DNA of 36,991 bases. It comes from a virus. Its lineage: Duplodnaviria; Caudoviricetes. Under the pieces are notes generated by a model that saw nothing but the letters and a program-made list of their open reading frames with translations, did no database searches and was not told the origin of the DNA. The stretch lies in the IMG/VR virus record IMGVR_UViG_3300016263_000151, positions 1 to 36,991 of that record. One strand, written 5' to 3'. A program made the position numbers and the translations under genes. Shown here piece after piece: positions 6,927-15,338 of this stretch; position 1 is the first letter of the stretch; every line of letters begins with the position of its first letter.

Positions 6927-7745
6927 GTGAACTACTATGAGCACCACCTCGGCGACTATGCGCAGGCGACAGCGCATCTGTCGTTCGTGGAGGATGCCGC
7001 CTATTCCAGGCTGATCAGAAAATACTACGCGACCGAGCGGCCATTGCCGGTCGACCTTGCTGCCGTTCAGCGCTTGGTTGGCGCCAGGGACAAGGACGAG
7101 AAGTCCGCCGTTGAAACCGTGTTGCGTGAGTTTTTTGAGCTGCTGGATGATGGCTGGCACAACAAGCGCTGCGACGAAGAGATTGCCCGTTACCGGGACA
7201 AGCAAACGAAGGCCAGACGCAGTGCTGAAGCGCGTTGGAACCGCGACACTCAGCATACCGATGGCATTGCGGACGCTATGCGAACGCATAGCGAAGGCAA
7301 TGCTCACCAGACACCAGACACCAGACACCATACACCAATATCTTCTGAAACAAGTTCAGAAGATAAAAAGCGCAGCCGCGCCAGGCCTGTGGAAAAGCCC
7401 ATCGAGGTCAGCGACGGGGTCTGGCTGTCATTCCTGCAGGTCAGGAAATCCAAGAAGGCGGCCGTCACAGATTTGGCCATGCTTGGCATCAAGCGCGAGT
7501 GCGTGAAGGCTGGAATTAGCCTTGAGGAAGGCCTGACGTTGTGCTGCGAGCGTGGGTGGGCATACTTCAAGGTTGAGTGGTTGCGGGACCAACGCAAGGG
7601 CTCTTCGGGGGGTGAGAGCTTTTACGAACGCGACCAACGTCTGAAGCGCCAAGAGGCAGCTAAGTGGGGCGGTCGTCCAGTCACAGACGATTTCATGACC
7701 ATAGACGCGGAGGTGCAGCATGTCCCTGCCATTGAAGGCGATTGA
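6927..7745 (+). CDS. Replication initiator, DUF1376/YdaU family
   Basis: MNYYEHHLGDYAQATAHLSFVEDAAYSRLIRKYY...WHNKRCDEEI; internal repeats. Confidence 0.85.
   Translation: MNYYEHHLGDYAQATAHLSFVEDAAYSRLIRKYYATERPLPVDLAAVQRLVGARDKDEKSAVETVLREFFELLDDGWHNKRCDEEIARYRDKQTKARRSAEARWNRDTQHTDGIADAMRTHSEGNAHQTPDTRHHTPISSETSSEDKKRSRARPVEKPIEVSDGVWLSFLQVRKSKKAAVTDLAMLGIKRECVKAGISLEEGLTLCCERGWAYFKVEWLRDQRKGSSGGESFYERDQRLKRQEAAKWGGRPVTDDFMTIDAEVQHVPAIEGD
7253..7339. repeat. Putative replication origin: 11-bp iterons plus 7-bp tandem repeat
   Basis: GCATACCGATG/GCATTGCGGAC/GCTATGCGAAC/GCATAGCGAAG/GCAATGC then CACCAGA x3, CACCATA, CACCAAT. Confidence 0.65.
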
Positions 7746-8178
7746 TCGCCTATTTGAGCGGCTTTACGAAACCTACGGAAACGAATGGGTCGCTCGCTGG
7801 TCCGGATTGGAAGAGCCAAAAGTCAAAACCGTTTGGGCGTATGAACTGTCAGGATTTGCCAACCACCTTCAGGACATTGCCTGGGCGCTGGAGAACCTGC
7901 CACCACGGGCACCGAACGTGATCGAGTTTCGCAACCTGTGCCGATCGGCGCCGCGCCAGGCAGCACCAGCTCTGCCAGAACCCAAGGCAGACCCGGCGCG
8001 ATTGAAGGCCGAGCTATCCAAGCTGGCCGAGGTTCGCAAGACCAGCACCGGCCAGGTCGACCACAAGGCCTGGGCCAAGCGCATCATCGCTATGCACGAG
8101 GCCGGCGATCGAGTGCGCCCGATCTCCCTGCGTTTCGCGCGCGAGGCTCTGAAGATGAACTTGACGGGGGCGGTATGA
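7720..8178 (+). CDS. Replication P-like helicase loader candidate
   Basis: Follows initiator; RLFERLYETYG..W and PNVIEFRNLC pattern. Confidence 0.6.
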   Translation: MSLPLKAIDRLFERLYETYGNEWVARWSGLEEPKVKTVWAYELSGFANHLQDIAWALENLPPRAPNVIEFRNLCRSAPRQAAPALPEPKADPARLKAELSKLAEVRKTSTGQVDHKAWAKRIIAMHEAGDRVRPISLRFAREALKMNLTGAV

Positions 8179-8441
8179 CCCGCGACGACATCATCCGCAT
8201 GGCGCGGGAGGCTGGAGGCGGTCTATCGTGCATTGCCGAACCGCTGGAACATCCGTGGAAGTTCAGCGAATCCGAACTCATGCGCTTCGCCGTTCTTGTC
8301 GCTGCTGCCGAGCGTGAGGCGTGTGCGAAGGTGTGTGACGAGAAGGTCGATGCCGAGTACGCAACAGGAAAGGTCGATCACAACGAGATGGGCTGGACAC
8401 AAGCCTGTGCCATCGCCATCCGCGCAAGGGGGCAGGCATGA
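8175..8441 (+). CDS. Hypothetical phage protein
   Basis: MTRDDIIRMAREAG...AAAEREACAKVC...AIRARG; ATGA-coupled. Confidence 0.75.
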   Translation: MTRDDIIRMAREAGGGLSCIAEPLEHPWKFSESELMRFAVLVAAAEREACAKVCDEKVDAEYATGKVDHNEMGWTQACAIAIRARGQA

Positions 8442-8641
8442 CCGAACTTAAACCCACCATGCGCAGGTCAGCGCCACGCGGCATGGAAAAAACCGAGCTT
8501 CCGCGAGAACTGCGCGAGTTCATTGAGCGTGAAGCCCTGGACATCTTCGCCACCATGACCAACGGCGGCTGTACTTTGCAACAGACGCTCACAGCGATCT
8601 TTCTCAGCGGCATGAGCGCCGCACACAGCATTAAGGAGTGA
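8438..8641 (+). CDS. Hypothetical protein
   Basis: 67 aa, ATGA-coupled. Confidence 0.65.
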   Translation: MTELKPTMRRSAPRGMEKTELPRELREFIEREALDIFATMTNGGCTLQQTLTAIFLSGMSAAHSIKE

Positions 8642-8644
8642 AAG

Positions 8645-9088
8645 ATGAACCAAAGAGAAACGTTGAAGTTGGCGCTAGCAGTGTTGGAAGAATGGCGCAA
8701 AGGTTTTCCAGATGACTGGACTGATTTTGATGCGGAAGCCATTACTGCCATCGAAGAATCTTTGGCACAGCCAGAGCAGGAGCCGGTGGCGACACTTTGG
8801 CAACACGGTGAAACTGGACGCACCCGCATCACCATGCCAAACGATATTACGGACTGTGATGCCCGTTGGTTCAAAGCCGCCGACCTCTACACCACCCCAC
8901 CACAGCAACAACGGTGTTACTGCGGAAACATCTATCGACTTGGTGTAGTGCATCGTGAAAGTTCGTTCTGCGATGAACATCCTCGCAAGCCGCTGAAGAT
9001 TGAAGAACTGCCCGCAATGCGTGATGGTGACCATGCTTTTCTTGCTGGCGTTCGTTTTGCAGAGCAAGCACACGGCATTAAGGAGTGA
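8645..9088 (+). CDS. Hypothetical mosaic protein
   Basis: AAGGAG RBS; EQEPVA and LYTTPPQ modules; lower GC than flanks. Confidence 0.7.
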   Translation: MNQRETLKLALAVLEEWRKGFPDDWTDFDAEAITAIEESLAQPEQEPVATLWQHGETGRTRITMPNDITDCDARWFKAADLYTTPPQQQRCYCGNIYRLGVVHRESSFCDEHPRKPLKIEELPAMRDGDHAFLAGVRFAEQAHGIKE

Positions 9089-9091
9089 GAT

Positions 9092-9247
9092 ATGGGACAA
9101 CCTTGGTACATCCGACTAGGCTGGTGGCTTTGCGAAAAGACAGGTCACATCGGACAGCGCGGCGGCTGGATTTACAACGGCCAATATCATTGCGAGTGCA
9201 AGTTTTGTGGACGCATTGTCAGCAAACCATTTAAAGAGGGCACATGA
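9092..9247 (+). CDS. 51-aa putative zinc-binding protein
   Basis: MGQPWYIRLGWWLCEKTGH...HCECKFCGR read by hand; AAGGAG RBS; ATGA overlap with next gene. Confidence 0.6.
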   Translation: MGQPWYIRLGWWLCEKTGHIGQRGGWIYNGQYHCECKFCGRIVSKPFKEGT

Positions 9248-9468
9248 CCGACACCTGGTCCGAAACCTACCGCCACCAGTGCGAGGTGCGAGACATCATC
9301 GCCAAGCGCCTCACCAAGGGCCGGCAATGGGCACAGGACCACCTCGACGGGATTGAGAAGGCTCGGGGCAAGAAAGCCAGAAAAGCGCTTGAGCTCGACA
9401 TCCTGCGTCAATGGCAATGGGGTAACCGCGGCGCCCCTGGCCATTGGATTGATCCACCTGTTGCGTAA
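9244..9468 (+). CDS. Hypothetical protein
   Basis: 74 aa, GAGGG RBS. Confidence 0.7.
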   Translation: MTDTWSETYRHQCEVRDIIAKRLTKGRQWAQDHLDGIEKARGKKARKALELDILRQWQWGNRGAPGHWIDPPVA

Positions 9469-9488
9469 TTCGCACCACCGTTTAGAAT
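9460..9488 (+). promoter_or_regulatory. Putative late promoter with operator-like site
   Basis: TTGCGT-N16-TAGAAT, 6 nt before the terS ATG; GTTGC-N7-GCACC overlaps the -35. Confidence 0.5.
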
Positions 9489-9494
9489 TGAACC

Positions 9495-9923
9495 ATGGCA
9501 AGAACCGGACGCCCCCCGCAACCCGTACCGCAGGACAAGGCCGACGAGATCATCGAATGGATCTCGGCCGGTAAAACCCTGCGCGAATGGTGCCGCGAAA
9601 ACGATCTGCACTACTCCACCGTCTACTTGTGGATGGAGAAGGACGAAGAGTTCGCTCAACGGTTCGCGCGCGCGCGTGAGACAGGCCACGACGTGATTGC
9701 CGACGAGTGCCTGGAGATCGCCGACGAGCACCCGCCGACGAACGACGAGGGCAAGACCGACGCCGGCTATGTGGCTTGGCAGAAGAACCGGATCTGGACG
9801 CGCACGCAGCTCTTGGCGAAGTGGAACCCCAAGCGCTACGGCGACAAGATCGACGTCACCAGCAAAGGCGACAAGGTCGGCCTGGCCATCAACATCGACC
9901 TCGGCAAGGAACAGGCGGCATGA
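9495..9923 (+). CDS. Terminase small subunit
   Basis: GRP..., EIIEWISAGKTLREWC HTH, WNPKRYGDK; upstream of terL. Confidence 0.88.
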   Translation: MARTGRPPQPVPQDKADEIIEWISAGKTLREWCRENDLHYSTVYLWMEKDEEFAQRFARARETGHDVIADECLEIADEHPPTNDEGKTDAGYVAWQKNRIWTRTQLLAKWNPKRYGDKIDVTSKGDKVGLAINIDLGKEQAA

Positions 9924-10117
9924 CCAACGAAGAGCGACGCATCGCCGAGACGATCATCCGCGAATATCCCGAGGTGGCCAACGCTGTGCGCCAGGTTCTG
10001 AACGAGCGCGACCTCGATGAGATCCTCGACCGTGCGGCCACCAGGCGCGAGCTGCCGATGGAGCTGCGCAGCGTGCCCGGCGTCGTCGTTCGCCGCAAGC
10101 ACGAGGGCGATCTGTGA
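9920..10117 (+). CDS. Hypothetical protein between terminase genes
   Basis: 65 aa MTNEERRIAE...; 4-nt overlaps at both ends. Confidence 0.65.
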   Translation: MTNEERRIAETIIREYPEVANAVRQVLNERDLDEILDRAATRRELPMELRSVPGVVVRRKHEGDL

Positions 10118-11502
10118 CCCAGATCAACTACGCCCCACCCGGGCCCGTCTCGCGGGCCTTCATGCTGTCGGAGGCGTTCTTCCGCGGCATCATGGGACCG
10201 TTCGGTTCCGGCAAGTCGACCGTTTGCGTGATGGAGATCCTGCGTAAGGCAAAGGACCAGCGCACTGGCGTCGATGGCAAGCGCCGCACGCGGTTCGCTG
10301 TCGTTCGCAACACTTATCCCGAGCTGCGCACCACGACGATCAAGACCTGGCATCAGTGGGTGCCACCGAATATCGGCCGCTGGGTCGACACCGGCCCGCC
10401 CATGCATCACATCCAAGAGGGCGATCTCGACCTTGAGGTCATCTTCGTGTCGCTCGATCGACCGGACGACGTGGCCAAGCTGCTGGGCATGGAGCTCACC
10501 GGCGCCTGGGTGGATGAGGCGCGCGAGGTTCCAAAGGCTGTCATCGACGGGCTCACGGGCCGCGTGGGCCGCTATCCCAGCGTCATGATGGGTGGCTGCA
10601 CCTGGTCGGGTTTGTTGGCCTCAACCAACCCGCCAGACAACGATCACTGGTGGTACAAGCTGGCCGAGGAGGTCAAGCCCGAGGGCTGGGAGTTTTTCCG
10701 CCAGCCCAGCGGCTTGGCGCCCAACGCCGAGAACCGCGAGAACCTGCCGCCGAATTACTACGAGCGCCAGGTGGCCGGTAAGGACGAGGACTGGATCAAG
10801 GTCTATGTGCACGGCGAGTATGGGTTCGTGCGCGACGGCAAGCCTGTCTATCCCGAATACAAGGACAGCCTGCATTGCAAAGAGTTCTCCATTGTGCCGT
10901 CTTGGCCGATCTATGTGGGCATCGACTTTGGCCTGACACCGGCTGCCGTCTTTGGGCAGAGGACGCCAATGGGCGGGTGGAGATGGCACAGCGAGCTGGT
11001 GACCCAGGACATGGGCGCCAAGCGCTTTGCCGAGCTCCTGCGCAATGCCATGCACGAGCGCTATCCCGGCATGTCGTTTGGCGCGATCACTGGCGACCCA
11101 GCTGGTGAGGGCCGCGCCCAGACCGACGAGAGCACGCCGTTTCAGATCCTGCGCGCTGCCGGCGTCGAGGCGAGCCCTGCCCCGACCAACGATTTCATGA
11201 AGCGCCGGGAAAGCGTGGCCATGTGCCTGACCAGGCTGGTCGACGCCGATCCTGGCCTGATCATCCACCCGCAATGCAAAATGCTACGCAAAGGCATGGC
11301 CGGTGGGTACAATTACAAGCGACTACAGGTCACCGGTGAAGAACGCTACCGGGATGTGCCAGACAAAGGCATGTATTCCCACGTCTGCGAGGCTGGCCAA
11401 TACATGCTGGTTGGCGCAGGCGAAGCGAGGACACTGGTAAAGCGCGACCGCCCTGCCTTCCGACAGGCGACCGCAATCTCAGACTACGCAATTATGGGGT
11501 GA
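10114..11502 (+). CDS. Terminase large subunit
   Basis: Walker A GPFGSGKS, Walker B AWVDEARE, STNPP, nuclease GIDFG and SHVCEA. Confidence 0.93.
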   Translation: MTQINYAPPGPVSRAFMLSEAFFRGIMGPFGSGKSTVCVMEILRKAKDQRTGVDGKRRTRFAVVRNTYPELRTTTIKTWHQWVPPNIGRWVDTGPPMHHIQEGDLDLEVIFVSLDRPDDVAKLLGMELTGAWVDEAREVPKAVIDGLTGRVGRYPSVMMGGCTWSGLLASTNPPDNDHWWYKLAEEVKPEGWEFFRQPSGLAPNAENRENLPPNYYERQVAGKDEDWIKVYVHGEYGFVRDGKPVYPEYKDSLHCKEFSIVPSWPIYVGIDFGLTPAAVFGQRTPMGGWRWHSELVTQDMGAKRFAELLRNAMHERYPGMSFGAITGDPAGEGRAQTDESTPFQILRAAGVEASPAPTNDFMKRRESVAMCLTRLVDADPGLIIHPQCKMLRKGMAGGYNYKRLQVTGEERYRDVPDKGMYSHVCEAGQYMLVGAGEARTLVKRDRPAFRQATAISDYAIMG

Positions 11503-11506
11503 AACT

Positions 11507-11725
11507 ATGGGCGGTATATTTGGTGGCGGCGGTTCTTCTCAACCTTCCCCCCCTCCTCCTCCTCCGGCTCCGACGCCAGCTCCGACGATCGACACCGCTC
11601 GTCAGGCGCAGCAGAGCCGTGACGCAGTGGCTGGCCGCCGTGGCCGCGCCGCAACGATCCTGACCGGCGCACAGGGCGATCTCAGCGCCCCGACCACCGG
11701 CACCAAACAACTGTTGGGCAACTGA
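11507..11725 (+). CDS. Small Pro-rich virion-associated protein
   Basis: MGGIFGGG, poly-Pro, RRGRAATILTG, KQLLG; precedes portal as in podoviruses. Confidence 0.7.
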   Translation: MGGIFGGGGSSQPSPPPPPPAPTPAPTIDTARQAQQSRDAVAGRRGRAATILTGAQGDLSAPTTGTKQLLGN

Positions 11726-11727
11726 TC

Positions 11728-13383
11728 ATGGCCGACTCTCGCGCCGACGAAATCATCCGGCGACAGGAAAACATGGCCACCGACCGGGCCGTGTTTGACA
11801 GCCATTGGCGCGAGATCGCCGAGCGCATCCTGCCGCGTGCCGACTACTTTCGCGTGAACCGCCAGCCCGGCGACAAGCACACCGAAAGGATCTTCGACGC
11901 CACCGCCAATTTGGCGCTGGAGCGCTTTGCCGCCGCCATGGAGTCGATGCTCACGCCTCGCACCCAGCAGTGGCACAAGCTCAAGACCGGCGTGCCCGAG
12001 CTCGACGAGAACCAGGAAGTGCAGGCCTACCTCGACGAGGTGACCAAGATCCTGTTCCAGGTGCGCTACAGCCCGCGGGCCAACTTCGCCAGCCAGGCCA
12101 ATGAGTGCTACATGAACCTGGGCGCCTTCGGGACGTCGGGCATCTTCATTGACGACCTGGTCGGGCGCGGCATCCGCTACCGCTCGATTGCCCTGCCCGA
12201 GATGTACATCGCCGAGAACCATCAAGGCGCTGTCGACACGGTGCACCGCAAGTTCCAGTTCACCGCTCGCCAGGCCGCGCAGAAGTTCGGCGAGAGCAAG
12301 CTGCCCGAGGCGATCAAGAATTGCCTGGAGAAGCGCCCCGAGCAGACCTTCGATTTCATCCACGCCGTCGCGCCCCGCGAGGACATGGACGTCAATCGCA
12401 AGGACTACAAGGGCATGCCGATCTACTCGTGCTATGTCGACGTGCAGAGCCGCACGATCCTGAGCGAGGGCGGGTTCCGCTCGATGCCCTATGCGGTCGG
12501 CCGCTACGTCACGAGCCCGAAAGAAATCTACGGCCGCTCGCCGGCCATGACCGTGCTGCCCGACATCAAGATGCTCAACGAGATGAGCAAGACGGTGATC
12601 CGCGCAGCTCACAAGATCGTCGATCCCCCGCTGCTGCTGCAGGAAGACGGCGCGCTGCAGGCCTTCGATCTGCGTCCTGGCGCACTGAACTATGGCGGCG
12701 TCAACGAGCAGGGCAACCAGCTCGTGCACCCGCTGCAGACCGGCGCCCGGGTCGACATTGGCCTCGACATGATGGAGCAGCGCCGCAAGGTCATCAATGA
12801 CGCTTTCCTGGTGACGCTCTTCCAGATCCTGGTCGACGCGCCCCAGATGACGGCGACCGAGGCCATGCTGCGCGCCCAGGAGAAAGGCGCCCTTCTCGCC
12901 CCCACTATGGGTCGGCAGCAGTCCGAGTTCCTGGGTCCGTTGATTGAGCGCGAGATCGACATCCTGGCTCGTGCCGGCGCCCTGCCCCCGATGCCTCGCG
13001 TGCTGATCGACTACGACGGCCAGGTCGAGATCGAATACGTCAGCCCACTGAACCGGGCGCAACGTGCCGACGAGGGCGTGGCCATTCTCAACACCCTGCA
13101 AGCGATCGCGCCCCTGGCTCAGATCGACCCCAAGGTGATGATGATCTTCAACCCCGAGGCTGTGGCCCGCGAGCTCGCCGACATCAACGGCGTGCCGGCC
13201 AAGGTGCTGCGCTCGCCCGAGCAGATCCAGGCGATGGAAGACCAGCAGGCCCAGGCCGCGCAGGCTCAGCAGCTACTTGCCGCGGCGCCCGTCGCCTCTG
13301 GCGTGGTCAAGGATCTGGCTCAGGCCCAGTCCATGGCTGGCGCTAACCCGGCCCAGGCCGCTCCTGCCATCTTCCCGGCATGA
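11728..13383 (+). CDS. Portal (head-tail connector)
   Basis: 551 aa; IFDATA, YGRSPAM, MTATEAMLRAQE, IEYVSPL. Confidence 0.92.
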   Translation: MADSRADEIIRRQENMATDRAVFDSHWREIAERILPRADYFRVNRQPGDKHTERIFDATANLALERFAAAMESMLTPRTQQWHKLKTGVPELDENQEVQAYLDEVTKILFQVRYSPRANFASQANECYMNLGAFGTSGIFIDDLVGRGIRYRSIALPEMYIAENHQGAVDTVHRKFQFTARQAAQKFGESKLPEAIKNCLEKRPEQTFDFIHAVAPREDMDVNRKDYKGMPIYSCYVDVQSRTILSEGGFRSMPYAVGRYVTSPKEIYGRSPAMTVLPDIKMLNEMSKTVIRAAHKIVDPPLLLQEDGALQAFDLRPGALNYGGVNEQGNQLVHPLQTGARVDIGLDMMEQRRKVINDAFLVTLFQILVDAPQMTATEAMLRAQEKGALLAPTMGRQQSEFLGPLIEREIDILARAGALPPMPRVLIDYDGQVEIEYVSPLNRAQRADEGVAILNTLQAIAPLAQIDPKVMMIFNPEAVARELADINGVPAKVLRSPEQIQAMEDQQAQAAQAQQLLAAAPVASGVVKDLAQAQSMAGANPAQAAPAIFPA

Positions 13384-13682
13384 TCGGCAACATGACGGCC
13401 GCGGTGCGGCGCATCCTCAACCGCAAGTCGGCCTATCGCCGGACGTTTCTCGACGCTGATGGCCACATCAACCGCAACGCCGAGATCGTCCTGGCCGACC
13501 TGCGCAAGTTCTGCCGGGCGACCTCGACCACGGTGACCGTCTCGCCGATCTCCAAGTCGATCGACCCGGTGGCCATGGGGATGGCCGAGGGCCGGCGCGA
13601 GGTGTGGCTGCGCATCATGGCGCACCTGCACATCGACGAGAAACAAGTCTTCAACCTTGAGGAGCCGAACGATGGCAACTAG
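13380..13682 (+). CDS. Bbp19-like protein
   Basis: VLADLRKFC...EGRREVWLRI directly after portal. Confidence 0.75.
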   Translation: MIGNMTAAVRRILNRKSAYRRTFLDADGHINRNAEIVLADLRKFCRATSTTVTVSPISKSIDPVAMGMAEGRREVWLRIMAHLHIDEKQVFNLEEPNDGN

Positions 13683-14136
13683 CGCAGCCAGGATGCTGGC
13701 CAACGAACCCGAAGAAAACGACGACGACGACGAAGGCGAGGTCGAATACGGCAACTCGGACCAAGTCAGCACCAACAAGACCGCCCACGAGTTTTTCGCC
13801 GTGCTGTTGCAGGCGGCCAGGTCGTCGCACGAGCTGCACCTCTCGACGCGGTCTTTCGCTGAGCACATGGCGCTCGACGCGCTCTACAGCGAGCTGCCTG
13901 GTCATGTCGACGGCCTGGTCGAGAGCTATCAGGGCGTCTTCGGCCTGATCACCGAATACCCGGCCAACCCGCCGATGCCCGACATGGGCAACTGTGTGAA
14001 GTTCGTCACGGATCTGCGCGCCTACGTCAAGGCCAAGCGCAAAGAGGTGAGCTCCAAGTCGGAGCACCAGAACGACATCGACGGCATCGTGACGCTGCTG
14101 AACCAAACACTCAACAAGCTCAAGTTCCTGTCCTGA
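13672..14136 (+). CDS. Ferritin/Dps-like four-helix protein (DUF5856-like)
   Basis: HELHLSTRSFAEHMALDALY...VDGLVESYQG; acidic N-terminal tract. Confidence 0.65.
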   Translation: MATSAARMLANEPEENDDDDEGEVEYGNSDQVSTNKTAHEFFAVLLQAARSSHELHLSTRSFAEHMALDALYSELPGHVDGLVESYQGVFGLITEYPANPPMPDMGNCVKFVTDLRAYVKAKRKEVSSKSEHQNDIDGIVTLLNQTLNKLKFLS

Positions 14137-14164
14137 TTTTCCTCAACCACCACAAGGAGTATTC

Positions 14165-15052
14165 ATGTCCGATGCACAAAACGGGTCTGCCATGCTGGCA
14201 GGCAACCCGGCAGGCCAACCCGCTGCCGACAACCAAGGCGGCTCTGCGGCCGCATCAACGCCACCCTCCGGCGCTTCGTCCAACGACATCGGGAAACCGA
14301 CCGACCAAAGCACCGGCAACTGGTACGACAGCATCGAGGACGCCGACCTCAAGGGCTATGTGCAGAACAAGGGCTGGAAAGACCCTGTCGAGCTGGCCAA
14401 CGGCTACAAGAACCTCGAGAAGCTCCTGGGTGGCGAGAAGCTGCCCATGCCCAAGGGCGCAGAGGACAAGGAAGGCTGGGGCCGCGTCTATGACGCGCTG
14501 GGCCGGCCAAAGTCAGCCGAAGAATACAAGCTGCCCGTGCCCGAGGGCGACCCGGGCAACTTCGCCAAGGCGGCGGCCGGAAAGTTTCACGAGCTCGGCA
14601 TCAGCCAGCAGCAGGCCGAAGGGCTGGCCGCCTGGTGGAACGAGCAGCAGACCGGCCAGATCCAGCAGGTCCAGCAGATGACCGCCCAGAAGGTCGAGCA
14701 AGAGCTCGGCGCCTTGAAGACCGAATGGGGCACCGCCTGGGACGAGAACATCAACCTCGGCAAGCGCGCGGCCCAGGAGTTTGGCCTCGACGCCAACAAG
14801 CTGAGCGCCATTGAGCAGGCCATGGGCACGGGCGAAATGCTCAAGTTCATGTCTCGCATTGGCCGCGGGCTGACCGAGCACACGTTTGAAGGCGGCAAGT
14901 CGACGCAGGGCTTTGGCATGACCCCCGAGGCGGCGCGCTCGCGCATCAGCGCCCTGCAGCAAGACAAGGAATTCTCGACCAAATACATCAGCGGCAACGC
15001 CGACGCGCAGGCCGAGATGCAAAAGCTGATGAAGATCGCTTACCCGGAGTGA
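14165..15052 (+). CDS. Capsid scaffolding/assembly protein
   Basis: Low-complexity N-terminus, YKNLEKLLG, LGRPKSAEEY, LKTEWG; between portal and capsid. Confidence 0.8.
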   Translation: MSDAQNGSAMLAGNPAGQPAADNQGGSAAASTPPSGASSNDIGKPTDQSTGNWYDSIEDADLKGYVQNKGWKDPVELANGYKNLEKLLGGEKLPMPKGAEDKEGWGRVYDALGRPKSAEEYKLPVPEGDPGNFAKAAAGKFHELGISQQQAEGLAAWWNEQQTGQIQQVQQMTAQKVEQELGALKTEWGTAWDENINLGKRAAQEFGLDANKLSAIEQAMGTGEMLKFMSRIGRGLTEHTFEGGKSTQGFGMTPEAARSRISALQQDKEFSTKYISGNADAQAEMQKLMKIAYPE

Positions 15053-15056
15053 TGCG

Positions 15057-15314
15057 ATGACCGCAACAGCGATTAAAACATTGCAACACTCGCCGGAAAT
15101 TCGGCTAGAATGTTTGAAACTGGCGCACCGTCCAGACCGCTCGCCTCAAGAGGTGATCGCAATGGCCAGGGAATACCTGGCCTGGGTCGGCGGGGTGCCT
15201 GTCCCGACAACCCTCGACGGGCCGGGTGACAGCCAGAAAGTGGGCAAAACGGCCCCGGCAGATACTGCACGGACAAGCCTTCCGAAGAGCGCCGCGAAAG
15301 CGGCAACCGTTTAA
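15057..15314 (+). CDS. Hypothetical protein overlapping the capsid leader
   Basis: EIRLECLKLA...AREYLAWV N-terminal half; GGAG RBS. Confidence 0.55.
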   Translation: MTATAIKTLQHSPEIRLECLKLAHRPDRSPQEVIAMAREYLAWVGGVPVPTTLDGPGDSQKVGKTAPADTARTSLPKSAAKAATV

Positions 15315-15338
15315 TCAACACCTTCGAAAGGTTACGAT

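Noticed and set aside
7305-7339. CRISPR-like or contingency repeat
   Set aside because: 7-bp tandem units without spacers inside an intact ORF; better explained as origin/linker sequence
11547-11590. C-rich and CCT repeat tract
   Set aside because: Simply encodes the poly-proline segment of the small pre-portal protein
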